A DNA stretch of 64,000 nucleotides, taken from Oculatellaceae cyanobacterium bins.114. Lineage in GTDB: Bacteria > Cyanobacteriota > Cyanobacteriia > Elainellales > Elainellaceae. Shown in pieces: positions 54,301 to 62,760 of this stretch. Location of the stretch: the NCBI GenBank assembly GCA_033764315.1, contig JANRJA010000191.1:21249-85248 (forward strand). The letters are read 5' to 3'. The first letter of the stretch is position 1. Every line of letters begins with the position of its first letter. The notes under the pieces were generated by a model. That model worked only from the letters and a program-made list of their open reading frames with translations. It made no database searches and was not told the DNA's origin. The translations under genes and the position numbers were made by a program.

Positions 54301-55725
54301 AATGCCTGTTGTTTTAGTATCTGTAGTTTCAGCACTTCCTTCTTCAGCATTCGTTATTTCAGGACTGATAACTTCAGGATTTTCTGCTTCAACATTTTCT
54401 GCTTCAGGATTTGTTGTTTCAGTACTTGTTGATTCAGTTATTACAGCTTCAGGATTTACGGCTTTAGCTTTTGTTACTTCTGTTACTTCAGTATTAGTTG
54501 CTTCAGTACTTGTTAATTTAGCGTTGTCCTCAGTCTTCTCAGAGTCATATCGGGGCACCGACATGGCAAATTCACCAGAGGGCACCAAATAGAAGGAATT
54601 ACTGGAGGAAGAGGGTTGGGCGATCGCCCGTTCTTCAAACACCAAGCGGGTTCCATCTTGCGGAGTGAGGTGAATGGAATACCCTAGATTGGTGCGATAG
54701 TTAGATGGAAAATCCGTTGGGGTGACCTGGTCTGCTGGAGGACGGAATGCAAAATAAGTTCGGCTCTCTTGCAATGGATAGAGAGGATCAAGGGTGACAT
54801 CAAAGGTCAGATCTGTGGTGTAATGCGACAGAGCTTCAGCGTCTTCTCCCATCAGGGGATAGCGGTGCGAGGTGATGGAAAACCGCTCCTGGTCGTTGAA
54901 ATCTGCTAGGGGTGGGGCAGGGTCTAGAAAGAAGATCCGCAACGCCACATCCAGACATTTCAACTCCTCATAGGTTTGTTGTTCCTCAGGTTGTGGGCGT
55001 TTTAAAGTCAGGCCAAATTGCAAGCATCCCGCCTGATCTCCAATGAAGGGTAGGGCGATCGCCCGCTTTGGCTCTTCCGTGGAGGATGGAGCGATCGCTT
55101 CACCTTCTTTTACCTCACCCTCTTTTACCCCAACCTCTTTTAAGCGATGGGTTCCATAGTCCGTCAACAATACAAATGGCTGTGAGGAGAATTCCGCTTC
55201 ATCTTCATGAGCCTGGAATAAAAATCCTGTCTCTGTCAACAGCACCTCAACCCCACGAGCGATCGCCAACCCATAGTTACGCCAGTCTAAAACGCTGTAT
55301 TGGTCGATAGTAGGAGGGTCTGGTTTGGGGGCAACGGACAGATACACAAATCGCCAACTGGACAACGCTTCTCCTGGATTCTCAACCCATAAAAACCGGG
55401 TTTGCGAAAAGGTGGGTTCCGCCAACAATTTATAGACCCGATTTGCCAATGCCTGATCCAGTGAAACCTCACTTCCGCCTAACATCAGGTAAAGCCCCTC
55501 ATGATTTTCCCAAGATTCCTTTAAGGATAAGGTTTCAGCAATAGCTAGAGCTGCGGCTGTGAGCGGCTTGTAGTGTAGAAAAGCAATCTGAACCAGCTTC
55601 GTATCCCAGGTGGGCTGATCCAGCTTATAAAAGTGGCTGTTGACAGGACGAGTCAATTGAAGGGGTGAGTCTGGTGAAGTTGTCATGGTGGTGAGCACTG
55701 CGGGGGGAAACAGAGTCGAACTCAA
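51331..55725 (-). CDS. Large hypothetical protein (1464 aa) with a Thr/Glu-rich repeat insert and a beta-rich C-terminus (GWYAAY)
   Basis: 4.4-kb ORF. The start could be TTG 55725 or ATG 55686. Confidence 0.85.
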   Translation of the reverse strand: MSSTLFPPAVLTTMTTSPDSPLQLTRPVNSHFYKLDQPTWDTKLVQIAFLHYKPLTAAALAIAETLSLKESWENHEGLYLMLGGSEVSLDQALANRVYKLLAEPTFSQTRFLWVENPGEALSSWRFVYLSVAPKPDPPTIDQYSVLDWRNYGLAIARGVEVLLTETGFLFQAHEDEAEFSSQPFVLLTDYGTHRLKEVGVKEGEVKEGEAIAPSSTEEPKRAIALPFIGDQAGCLQFGLTLKRPQPEEQQTYEELKCLDVALRIFFLDPAPPLADFNDQERFSITSHRYPLMGEDAEALSHYTTDLTFDVTLDPLYPLQESRTYFAFRPPADQVTPTDFPSNYRTNLGYSIHLTPQDGTRLVFEERAIAQPSSSSNSFYLVPSGEFAMSVPRYDSEKTEDNAKLTSTEATNTEVTEVTKAKAVNPEAVITESTSTETTNPEAENVEAENPEVISPEITNAEEGSAETTDTKTTGIETTSVKSISTEVENPETKSTETTSAGTTDSETKDSKTTDSETTDSKTENPKSTSAKTLPPYPITDLDNLLCGLSGVEFIKLDPPSVNLLCFRPKQPAFVFNFSPKTDSSTNSSFNQTKASSRFTDEARTAWAFVRQKTVSQAGESSFKPAIYYAQPDLSLLYGASTVTDQNQDSTDNLLSFLEVPVTGLPDIEPFNQESGQPWGFPLLPYGGIQTEDYYRQLWKDQRLPNPVRPYQQLEQQYINPERRSRIIDLSQQDDTLLGPTGVSDVIGVTPQGFLTTYSSDYEMLESLLLAKDTAGKDVRLTNLPQRLPLRDAFQSNQMFLVISDYNTLTKYLTDNQLVIQDWTFDFNPSQWREDTVLIFKFFEKPLLELLADETTWSFKEHFNSNPAIGADLIELFEEVQQRGSKDATPRDRENYEYLAQATRLGAWSGIIALNVKVPPSEIPEELRALAVGIKEEDFFAQYVVIETTQVLSETITAEGQKPRNVLKAEKSSLFALIDYRDDAIPAVGPSGYAFQVSMLRVLFQNSYLKAFSSEVSLTVDQLFNEGTRLLNSRTGRNLLTFKGTAENQDGKPKYTFSFSGESYFATLDSHVLDSINIVKANFSTDPPKKTDPPKETDPSKKTDPPKETDPKTITGRFTLWGQFNFRFLDKFDAIGFGSSIALNRAALLSNSDQRDTVANDLFQPEAQREKRQEELEKTLQVMETELNNLQDNQQVLPFSNVQITMTFLQDSPDPKKADSETTNPPETTSEEAKTTDPAEAEEVPPNPNFTFDAGQLIYDLKQAKPRPNSLYAMFPLQLASFVQIGPDTQPKGFMAVKNPLTGGMPTAGYGFIYDLNLGSLGALSGSAQLQVKVLVAWTPNTDGQQTNPQVFVGLQLPGIGGDVLGFPIQSVLKLSFKSLEFVVDRPSKDTIRGYLLKMRNLALKILVLSLPPTGQTELILFGNPKLSSDPSLRGKSEAIGWYAAYAKDPPPPDATQQPATRTTR

Positions 55726-55754
55726 GGCAATGAAACGATCTCCTCAAACCAGGT

Positions 55755-58700
55755 TTAGAGGAAGATGCGATCGCCCTTCACCACAGGCAAGTCATAAGGA
55801 TCCCACCCAATGGCGGTAGCCTGGGCATTGCTCAAATTGACAAATCGATAACTCGGGGCATCGTCAATCCCCTCATGGATCAGGCGACTGATGCGGGGTG
55901 TTCCCATTTGCAAGGTCAGGGTTTGACCCGGTAGCCCCATAGGGACGCTGGCATAGCGTTCCAGCACTTGCCGCAGAGTTGTTCCAACGGGCACATACTC
56001 CGGCTGTCCCTGCACAAACACCGCAATTTCTGGAATCACCGTCGCCCGTCCCCGAAAGAACACGCTCAGGTAGTCGTTTGTACTCTCCAACCGACCAGTA
56101 CTCAGCAAGCGTTGGGTTGCCTGGTTTAAGTCAACCAGGCTTTTAGCTCCAATCAGAGCCGTCGTCCGTTCGCCATTGGGCAATCCCTCATTCCCAGCGA
56201 CCTGGCGAGGATACACCAATCGTCCGTAAGGCATTCGGTATCCCACCCGGAACAGGTCGATGCCACCCCCAAAGCCTAACTCCTGGTTGGGCTGTGTTGT
56301 CAAAGACAGTGCCGAAAGGAAGGCATCCAATCCCAGGAAAGGAATGGGCCCATTCCTTCGATAACTGTTGAGGTGGTAGTAGGTGGTGCCACTACCGACA
56401 AAACCACTGCTGGCACTGGGACTGGCGGGATGGACAAACTGATAAGTCTGGTAATCGACCCGCAGGCGCATTCCCCCATGCAGGTCGATGATATTCTTAT
56501 CTGGCTCAAAGCCGTAGTAGTAATACAGCAGTTGATCTAGCGGGAGGGGCAACCGTTCGGCAATCCGGGCTTTCACCAGGGTGAGGGCACCGGGGTAGAG
56601 CGATCGCTCCTCTACCTTTTCCAAAAACGTTTGGTAGTTTGCCTTCAGTTCCCCTGGGGATAAACTGCCGGGGTTCAGCGTCAGGATATAGCTTTCAGTG
56701 TCGGAATCGTGTTTTAGGGAAAACGTACCGAATGAAATGTCTTCAGGGGAGCTAAACAGGTTGGGAAGGGTCGTTGTCTGTGAGGAGCTAGAAGGGGAAG
56801 AGTTACCCCCCAGGTAGAGCAAGGGGCGATCGCCAACCACCGTAAAAAAGTAATCTTCAGGATGGCGAAAGGTACTCGCAAAAATGGTTCCAGCCTCTGC
56901 CTTCAGTTTGTCTAACAGCAGATCTAGAATCTGATTAGGGGTAAAGGGTGGCTTCACCACGGGGAAGGGTGGAATGGTGAACGTCAGGGACGGCTTTACC
57001 GCAGACCAGGAAAAGGAGCCGGAAATATAGGCTAAAAAGCCCAGGCTGGTAAGCTCCAGAGCCACTGTTGCGGTCAACTCGCTGTCTAACGTCACCGAGT
57101 TGATCAAAGGTGCCCCGGTTTCAGGATCGCGGATGAGACCCAGAGGGAGTCGGAAAGGAAGTTGGAAGGCGATCGCATCGTGCAACACCATTCCCCGTCT
57201 CGGATCCTGGTTATAGAGAGCTAGAGGTTGATCCAGCCATCTGCCATTCAGCACGACCCGCTGTTTATCATCTATTAGCTTAAACCCAAGCACTGGGGGC
57301 GTTAAGCGCAACTTAAAGTCTGTATTGAAATCAAAAGGCCGCCCATCGCGTAGACGAGGCAGCATCACCTCTGTCATATCGGTTGTGGAATTAAGCTGCC
57401 AGATAGAACCCTCTAGAGTGCGCTGGCTCTGCAATTCTATCTGCGAGAACACCAGCGTATTCAGCCCCTCTAATCTGAGGTTGACCTCTGTGGAACCGCT
57501 AGCTGGAGTCACCAACGACAAATTTACGCCATTCCCATTCACACTTCCATACATGCCAAAGGTCAGCGCATTCCCCCAAAGCAACCCTTCCACCGAACCC
57601 GAAGCCAGCACCCAATCGATAGGGGGATCAATCGAATTTGGTAATGGTCTTCGCAACACCATTTGAATAGCCGTGAACTGTAACTGATCTGCCACTGACC
57701 AGTTCCCAGCATCCCTCAGGCTTAATTCCAGGTGATTGCTTCCCACCTGCTCCATTTTCAACGTTGCCAAAAAGGGCAGGTTTAGGGGAGCGGGGGCATT
57801 TTTTAGCCGAAATTGCCCTTTAATTTCCAGGATGGGGTAATACTGCTGATAGATTTCCTCAGGGGGCAAGGCTCGACTAAAAATCGCAACCCGATACAGG
57901 TCACCCTGCCAAGGACGATTGTGTTTATCATTAGCTCTGCTTTCCGGTGAGTAAGATACCTCGTTCCCTAAGCCCAGAGCATAGGCAGCGTCATTCTGAG
58001 GCCAGTCAAGATTACCCCCAACGGCACGATCCTCCTTCAGGAAACCATTCACATAAAATTTTGCATTCTGTTCGCGGTTGTTCTCTTTCTGCGGCTCAAA
58101 GGTATAGGTTAGACAGACCAGATTGTTGGATACAAGACTCGGCTCAGTTTCCAGGGAAGGCTCTCCGTTAGCATTCGTTTCCTGGGTGCGAAAGCGGACA
58201 ATGTAGCGATCGCGCCTAGTCGTTGGATTTCCATTTCCCTTATCCAGTGACAGGGCAAAACAGCGATTTGAAATATCTTTGGAAAGGGTGACAATTCGAG
58301 CGGGTGCATCAGGGAACGTCATCTGCTTAGACCGTAGCCAGGCAACGATGCTGACTTTCTGACTGGTTCGGCAGGCATCAATGACTCGTTTTGCGGAGCT
58401 GACGGCTGCCACTGCCCCAGCACTGGGACTTCTAGCCGCGATGCCACTTGAAACCAGGGCATTTTCATTGAAGGAAAGATATCCTGTGTCCCATCTCACC
58501 GTTGTTGGAGCCGTTTGTACCCGCAAATCAATGGGCTGCTCTGCCCCTGAGCAGTCATAGACGACCGATCCCTGGCCTTCATCAAAACTATAGAGAGCTT
58601 GTAAGCCTTCAGTACTGGTTGTTGAAGGCTTAAGCCGTAAGGAGGTTACATCCAGGAAGCCCCAATTGCCAATGGCGATCGCTGGCAGAGCTGGGGGTGC

Positions 58701-59219
58701 AATGCTAAACGCTAAACGACCATCCTCTCCCAACCCCACAGTTAAGGGAATCTCAGCATCTAGTACGACGGCTGTTACACTCCCTTGAACCCGAAGGCTA
58801 TTCTCACCAATTCCTTGGGTAAACGTTAGAGCCAAGTCTTTAAAGTAAGAAAAATTTTCAGCGTGAAGGTCAAGCGCAGAGTAAGGGCTACAGGCAAATT
58901 TTTCAGGGGCGAGGATGGTAATCGAAAGTTGATTAGCTTGATAGGTTAGGGTAGCGTTTTGAAAAGCATCGGCGGGGGATGCAGGCAAATCACACAAAAC
59001 CAGGCTACCGATATATTGCTTTGGCCTTACAGGATTCACAGGCTCCTGATCTAGGCTTTGCAAGGTTCTGATAACTGACTCTAAGGGTTGACTTGTAAAA
59101 CGTGCATCGGAATTAAGAAAAAAGAATCGAATCCCAGTGGTGGTTAACTCATATCTGATAAAACTAGCCGATCTTGCGGGGTCTGAAGATACGAGAGTAA
59201 TGCGACCATAACCGAGCAT
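55755..59219 (-). CDS. Large hypothetical protein (1154 aa) with a LamG/concanavalin-A-like domain
   Basis: GLQALYSFDEGQGSVVYD.SG ... VSIVAWLR ... FYVNG ... LGNE ... WQGDLYRVAIFSRAL..EEI is a LamG-like jelly-roll pattern. Confidence 0.85.
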   Translation of the reverse strand: MLGYGRITLVSSDPARSASFIRYELTTTGIRFFFLNSDARFTSQPLESVIRTLQSLDQEPVNPVRPKQYIGSLVLCDLPASPADAFQNATLTYQANQLSITILAPEKFACSPYSALDLHAENFSYFKDLALTFTQGIGENSLRVQGSVTAVVLDAEIPLTVGLGEDGRLAFSIAPPALPAIAIGNWGFLDVTSLRLKPSTTSTEGLQALYSFDEGQGSVVYDCSGAEQPIDLRVQTAPTTVRWDTGYLSFNENALVSSGIAARSPSAGAVAAVSSAKRVIDACRTSQKVSIVAWLRSKQMTFPDAPARIVTLSKDISNRCFALSLDKGNGNPTTRRDRYIVRFRTQETNANGEPSLETEPSLVSNNLVCLTYTFEPQKENNREQNAKFYVNGFLKEDRAVGGNLDWPQNDAAYALGLGNEVSYSPESRANDKHNRPWQGDLYRVAIFSRALPPEEIYQQYYPILEIKGQFRLKNAPAPLNLPFLATLKMEQVGSNHLELSLRDAGNWSVADQLQFTAIQMVLRRPLPNSIDPPIDWVLASGSVEGLLWGNALTFGMYGSVNGNGVNLSLVTPASGSTEVNLRLEGLNTLVFSQIELQSQRTLEGSIWQLNSTTDMTEVMLPRLRDGRPFDFNTDFKLRLTPPVLGFKLIDDKQRVVLNGRWLDQPLALYNQDPRRGMVLHDAIAFQLPFRLPLGLIRDPETGAPLINSVTLDSELTATVALELTSLGFLAYISGSFSWSAVKPSLTFTIPPFPVVKPPFTPNQILDLLLDKLKAEAGTIFASTFRHPEDYFFTVVGDRPLLYLGGNSSPSSSSQTTTLPNLFSSPEDISFGTFSLKHDSDTESYILTLNPGSLSPGELKANYQTFLEKVEERSLYPGALTLVKARIAERLPLPLDQLLYYYYGFEPDKNIIDLHGGMRLRVDYQTYQFVHPASPSASSGFVGSGTTYYHLNSYRRNGPIPFLGLDAFLSALSLTTQPNQELGFGGGIDLFRVGYRMPYGRLVYPRQVAGNEGLPNGERTTALIGAKSLVDLNQATQRLLSTGRLESTNDYLSVFFRGRATVIPEIAVFVQGQPEYVPVGTTLRQVLERYASVPMGLPGQTLTLQMGTPRISRLIHEGIDDAPSYRFVNLSNAQATAIGWDPYDLPVVKGDRIFL

Positions 59220-59806
59220 AAAACTTAAGGGGGGCTAAAGGAAATTGTTTCAGATCAAGCTCGAACTATTTATTAGCAAATCGTTAATCTCATTAAGGCA
59301 AAAAAATAATTCACAACCTTCTACAAGTCTGCCGATTTATTATATTTACTTGATAAATAAAGATTTACTCTTAATAGATTGAGATTAAAACAAAGCTGGA
59401 AATCAGAGAAAACAAAGAAACTATTAATAAAGAATGAAAGGTTTTCTTTTTGAAATTTAGCCTGGATGAATCTTGATGTATTTAAAGTAATGTATTTAAA
59501 ATCCACCCACATAATAATAGAAACTGGGTCAGGAGCATGTCAAGTAAAAAAAAATATTTTTATTCAAATAAATGTAAATTAATAGGGGAAAATATCTAAA
59601 CAGAATTGATTTTTTTGCATAAAAGGTGTACTTTTCACTTGTTCCTCAACTGCATATTTCCTTTTTCCTGTCAATAAAGTAAGATGACTCCCAACCAATC
59701 CCCAGTTAAATCAGACAGGGTAAGGACAGAGTGCTTTAAGGAGAAGCATTTCACACTCTTTACCAGTCAATAGGTAAAAAGCTAGGATTACCTCCAATTA
59801 ATGTCA

Positions 59807-59884
59807 TATAGCAGTCCTAAATCAGTTGTGAGATGAGCTGGTTATGAGGAGTACGCCTCTCACAACCCATTTGGGATTGCTATA
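59807..59884. mobile_element. MITE-like element (same family as 10262-10332)
   Basis: TATAGCAGTCCTAAAT...ATTTGGGATTGCTATA. Confidence 0.75.
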
Positions 59885-60042
59885 TTTATCTTGAGTATTT
59901 ATCCTGAACATGATTTGAATCAGCATCAGATTTAAGTCGATATCAGATCAACTTTATTGAGTTAAATAGTTGCAATCCTGCCTACTCCTCCTGCCTCAAA
60001 AATCAGCATCGACTATTGACCAATGACCTGTAACTAAAAGCC

Positions 60043-60891
60043 ATGCTAGCCTCTGACAAAATCACGATTTTTGATACAACTCTCCGCGATGGCGAGTTAG
60101 CACCTGGTGTCAGTATGACCTTAGAGCAAAAATCAGCGATCGCTGAGGTACTAGATGGAATGGGAGTGGATGTGATTGAAGTGGGATATCCAGGTCACTT
60201 CGAGAAAGATTTTGAGGAGATGATACATCTTTCTAAAGTGATCCAACATGCCCAAATTTGTGGATTGGCTGGTTCAAAAACAGATGAAATTATGAGAGTC
60301 TTTGAAGCACTTCAATTGGCTCAAAATCCTCGAATTCATATTTACACCCCAGTCAACTTAAAGGGACAATCTCACGTTACTGAAGAGCAAGTTTTAGAGG
60401 CGATCGCTCAAAGCGTTTCTCTAGCTCGCAACCACTGTGATGATGTCGAGTGGGGAGCTTTTGATGCCCCTCGCAGTGATATTAACTTCCTCTGTCGCGC
60501 CGTTGAGACGGCCATTCAACAGGGGGCAACTACTATCAATATTCCTGACTCAATGGGGTTGCTTTCACCCCACAGTTTTTCTGAATTACTGACGACCATC
60601 TTTAACCAAGTTCCTAACATTGATCAATCCATTGTAGCTGTACATTGTCATGACGATTTAGGAAAAGCCGTTGATAACTCAATAGCAGCATTAGAGTGTG
60701 GTGCTCGCCAAATTGAATGCTCGATTAATGGACTGGGAGCACGGCACGGAAATGCAGATTTAGCCGTGGTGATCACTCGTATCCTAAATCACACTGACTT
60801 TACGGTTCAGACTAATCCAGCCCGGTTGCAAGAAGCCTCTGCTCTAGTGTCGGCTATTACTAAAATTGATAAAGAAAAACCAAAATCGTGA
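60043..60891 (+). CDS. 2-isopropylmalate synthase-like DRE-TIM protein, catalytic barrel only
   Basis: IFDTTLRDGE, GVDVIEVGYP, GATTINIPD, VHCHDDLG and INGLGARHGNA. Only 282 aa, with no LeuA regulatory domain. Confidence 0.8.
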   Translation: MLASDKITIFDTTLRDGELAPGVSMTLEQKSAIAEVLDGMGVDVIEVGYPGHFEKDFEEMIHLSKVIQHAQICGLAGSKTDEIMRVFEALQLAQNPRIHIYTPVNLKGQSHVTEEQVLEAIAQSVSLARNHCDDVEWGAFDAPRSDINFLCRAVETAIQQGATTINIPDSMGLLSPHSFSELLTTIFNQVPNIDQSIVAVHCHDDLGKAVDNSIAALECGARQIECSINGLGARHGNADLAVVITRILNHTDFTVQTNPARLQEASALVSAITKIDKEKPKS

Positions 60892-60969
60892 ACTTCTGGA
60901 GTAATTCGCACCAATATTAGAGTGTTCTTCCATGATTGAAGTATTCTTTTACGAAACAAGAGGCGCACT

Positions 60970-61269
60970 ATGTATAGTCAAGATGGCACCTACTCACAAC
61001 TGACTTTTTACTATGTTGATGGTCAGACCGAATCGTTTAATGTCTACACCCCCATTGAAGAAGACGGCACGCAGCAGACGACTCAGTTAGAGTTTCGGCA
61101 TTTGCTGAGAAAAGATTGGTGGATTGTGCATTTGCCAGAACAGACTGTCTTTATTAATGTGGATAAAGTGGTCAAGGTAGAAATGAAACCCCCCATTCCT
61201 GAACTGCGGGGTGAAGATGTGTTCTCTAATGCTGAGCGGGTTACAGCCTTAAACCGAGCACGAGGTTAA
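60970..61269 (+). CDS. Hypothetical protein
   Basis: ATG with GAGG RBS, 99 aa, co-oriented with its neighbours. Confidence 0.7.
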   Translation: MYSQDGTYSQLTFYYVDGQTESFNVYTPIEEDGTQQTTQLEFRHLLRKDWWIVHLPEQTVFINVDKVVKVEMKPPIPELRGEDVFSNAERVTALNRARG

Positions 61270-61283
61270 TCAAACAAGAGGAA

Positions 61284-62249
61284 TTGATAATGATGCCAAC
61301 TGTCAGTCTAATTCGGGCAGAGTCTTACGAGCGCACCCAACTACGAGCCTCACTCGAAACCTTGTTAGAGCCGATGGGTGGCATCGGAGCTTTGGTAAAA
61401 CCGGGCGATCGCGTCTTGTTGAAACCCAACCTGTTGACTGGGTCACGCCCCACTAAAGAGTGCACCACTCGTCCAGAGTTGGTCTATTGCGTCGCGCAAC
61501 TGGTGCAATCGGTGGGCGGCAAACCGTTTTTGTCTGATAGCCCTGCCTTTGGCAGCGCACGAGGGGTGGCGATCGCCAACGGTTATCTACCCATGCTTGA
61601 GGAGTTGGGGGTTCCCATTGTGGAGCCAAGCGGCAAACGCTACCAGACCGTTAGCGAGGAATTTAATCACCTGTTGCTGTCAAAAGAGGCGATCGAAGCC
61701 GATGTGGTAATTAACTTGCCTAAGGTCAAATCGCATCTGCAATTGACTCTGACTCTTGGAGTTAAAAACTTGTTTGGTTGCGTTCCTGGCAAGATGAAAG
61801 CCTGGTGGCACATGGAAGCAGGCAAAGATAGTGCCCGTTTTGGCACAATGTTGGTGGAAACGGCACGGGCGATCGCCCCTGACTTGACCATCATGGATGG
61901 CATTATCGGGCACGAAGGCAATGGCCCTAGTGGCGGCGAACCTCGTTTCTTAGGCGTTTTAGGAGCCTCTACCGATGTGTTTGCCCTCGATCGCGCCTTT
62001 GTTGACATTCTCCAGGCTGACCCGACGGCCATCCCGACGATTGCTGCTTCTCAACGGTTGGGGTTGTGTCCAGCGATCGCGGATATCCACTTTCCCCACA
62101 GCTCCCCAAGTGAGCTCGCCATCTCTGATTGGAAACTCCCCGAAAAGCTCGTGCCCATCGACTTTGGCTTACCTCGTGTACTTAAATCTACCTTCCGACA
62201 CCTCTACATTCGGTTTATCAAAGAACCGAGAGCACTCTACGGCAGGTAG
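61284..62249 (+). CDS. DUF362 domain protein
   Basis: VKPGDRVLLKPNLL, INLPKVKSH, TLGVKNLFG, DGIIGHEGNGP.GG.P. The true start is probably ATG 61290 or 61293. Confidence 0.88.
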   Translation: MIMMPTVSLIRAESYERTQLRASLETLLEPMGGIGALVKPGDRVLLKPNLLTGSRPTKECTTRPELVYCVAQLVQSVGGKPFLSDSPAFGSARGVAIANGYLPMLEELGVPIVEPSGKRYQTVSEEFNHLLLSKEAIEADVVINLPKVKSHLQLTLTLGVKNLFGCVPGKMKAWWHMEAGKDSARFGTMLVETARAIAPDLTIMDGIIGHEGNGPSGGEPRFLGVLGASTDVFALDRAFVDILQADPTAIPTIAASQRLGLCPAIADIHFPHSSPSELAISDWKLPEKLVPIDFGLPRVLKSTFRHLYIRFIKEPRALYGR

Positions 62250-62268
62250 TTTTATGGTTCGCCGTTTA

Positions 62269-62760
62269 CTATGGTTCGCCAGCAAGGCGCAAAATCTCAG
62301 CATAAAGCTGTGAACTGATTCTAAACCGTGCCTGAATCATTAAAGCATCTACTGTTGGCTTGATTTTTGAGACGAAACCTTTATTTTTTGCCTCTAGAAG
62401 GACACCCACTAAACCAGTAATATTTAATCCTTCATTAACTGCGATCTTCCTACCTAATTGCTCATCAATTAGCAGCAGTTCTGCTCCTACCTCAAGTGCC
62501 AAAGCAATTGCTTCAGATTCTCCTGCATCAAGCTTTTCGCCTCGAAGCCTTTCTACAGTTGTCGTATCGTTAACTACTTGAATCGTGATCCACGGTTGAT
62601 TGGATACAGATGCCGCTTGGGTATAAATTGTTGCAACTTTTGCAATCTCATCAGCAACAGCTTGAGGGATTGCAATGCTTTCATAGACCTGCTGTAACAG
62701 TGCTAATTGACCAATAGCAGCCAAATTACTGATGGGTGATGTATTACTAACAACAGTCAT
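62269..62760 (-). CDS. DUF3368 family PIN-like protein (putative toxin)
   Basis: VVSNTSPISNL, IPQAVADE, LDAGESEAIALA, LLIDEQLGR and GLVGVLLEAK. Confidence 0.88.
   Translation of the reverse strand: MTVVSNTSPISNLAAIGQLALLQQVYESIAIPQAVADEIAKVATIYTQAASVSNQPWITIQVVNDTTTVERLRGEKLDAGESEAIALALEVGAELLLIDEQLGRKIAVNEGLNITGLVGVLLEAKNKGFVSKIKPTVDALMIQARFRISSQLYAEILRLAGEP

Noticed and set aside
54164-54592. 142-aa Val/Ser-rich ORF on the + strand
   Set aside because: It is the antisense shadow of the Thr/Glu repeat in the 1464-aa gene.
38352-59219. Interpretation as an NRPS/PKS, RTX/hemagglutinin, Rhs or prophage tail locus
   Set aside because: I saw no A/C/KS domain motifs, GGxGxD repeats, YD repeats, or sheath, baseplate or VgrG-like sequences.
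10262-59884. Dispersed repeats considered as a possible CRISPR array
   Set aside because: The copies are scattered, not regularly spaced with unique spacers, and no cas genes are present.
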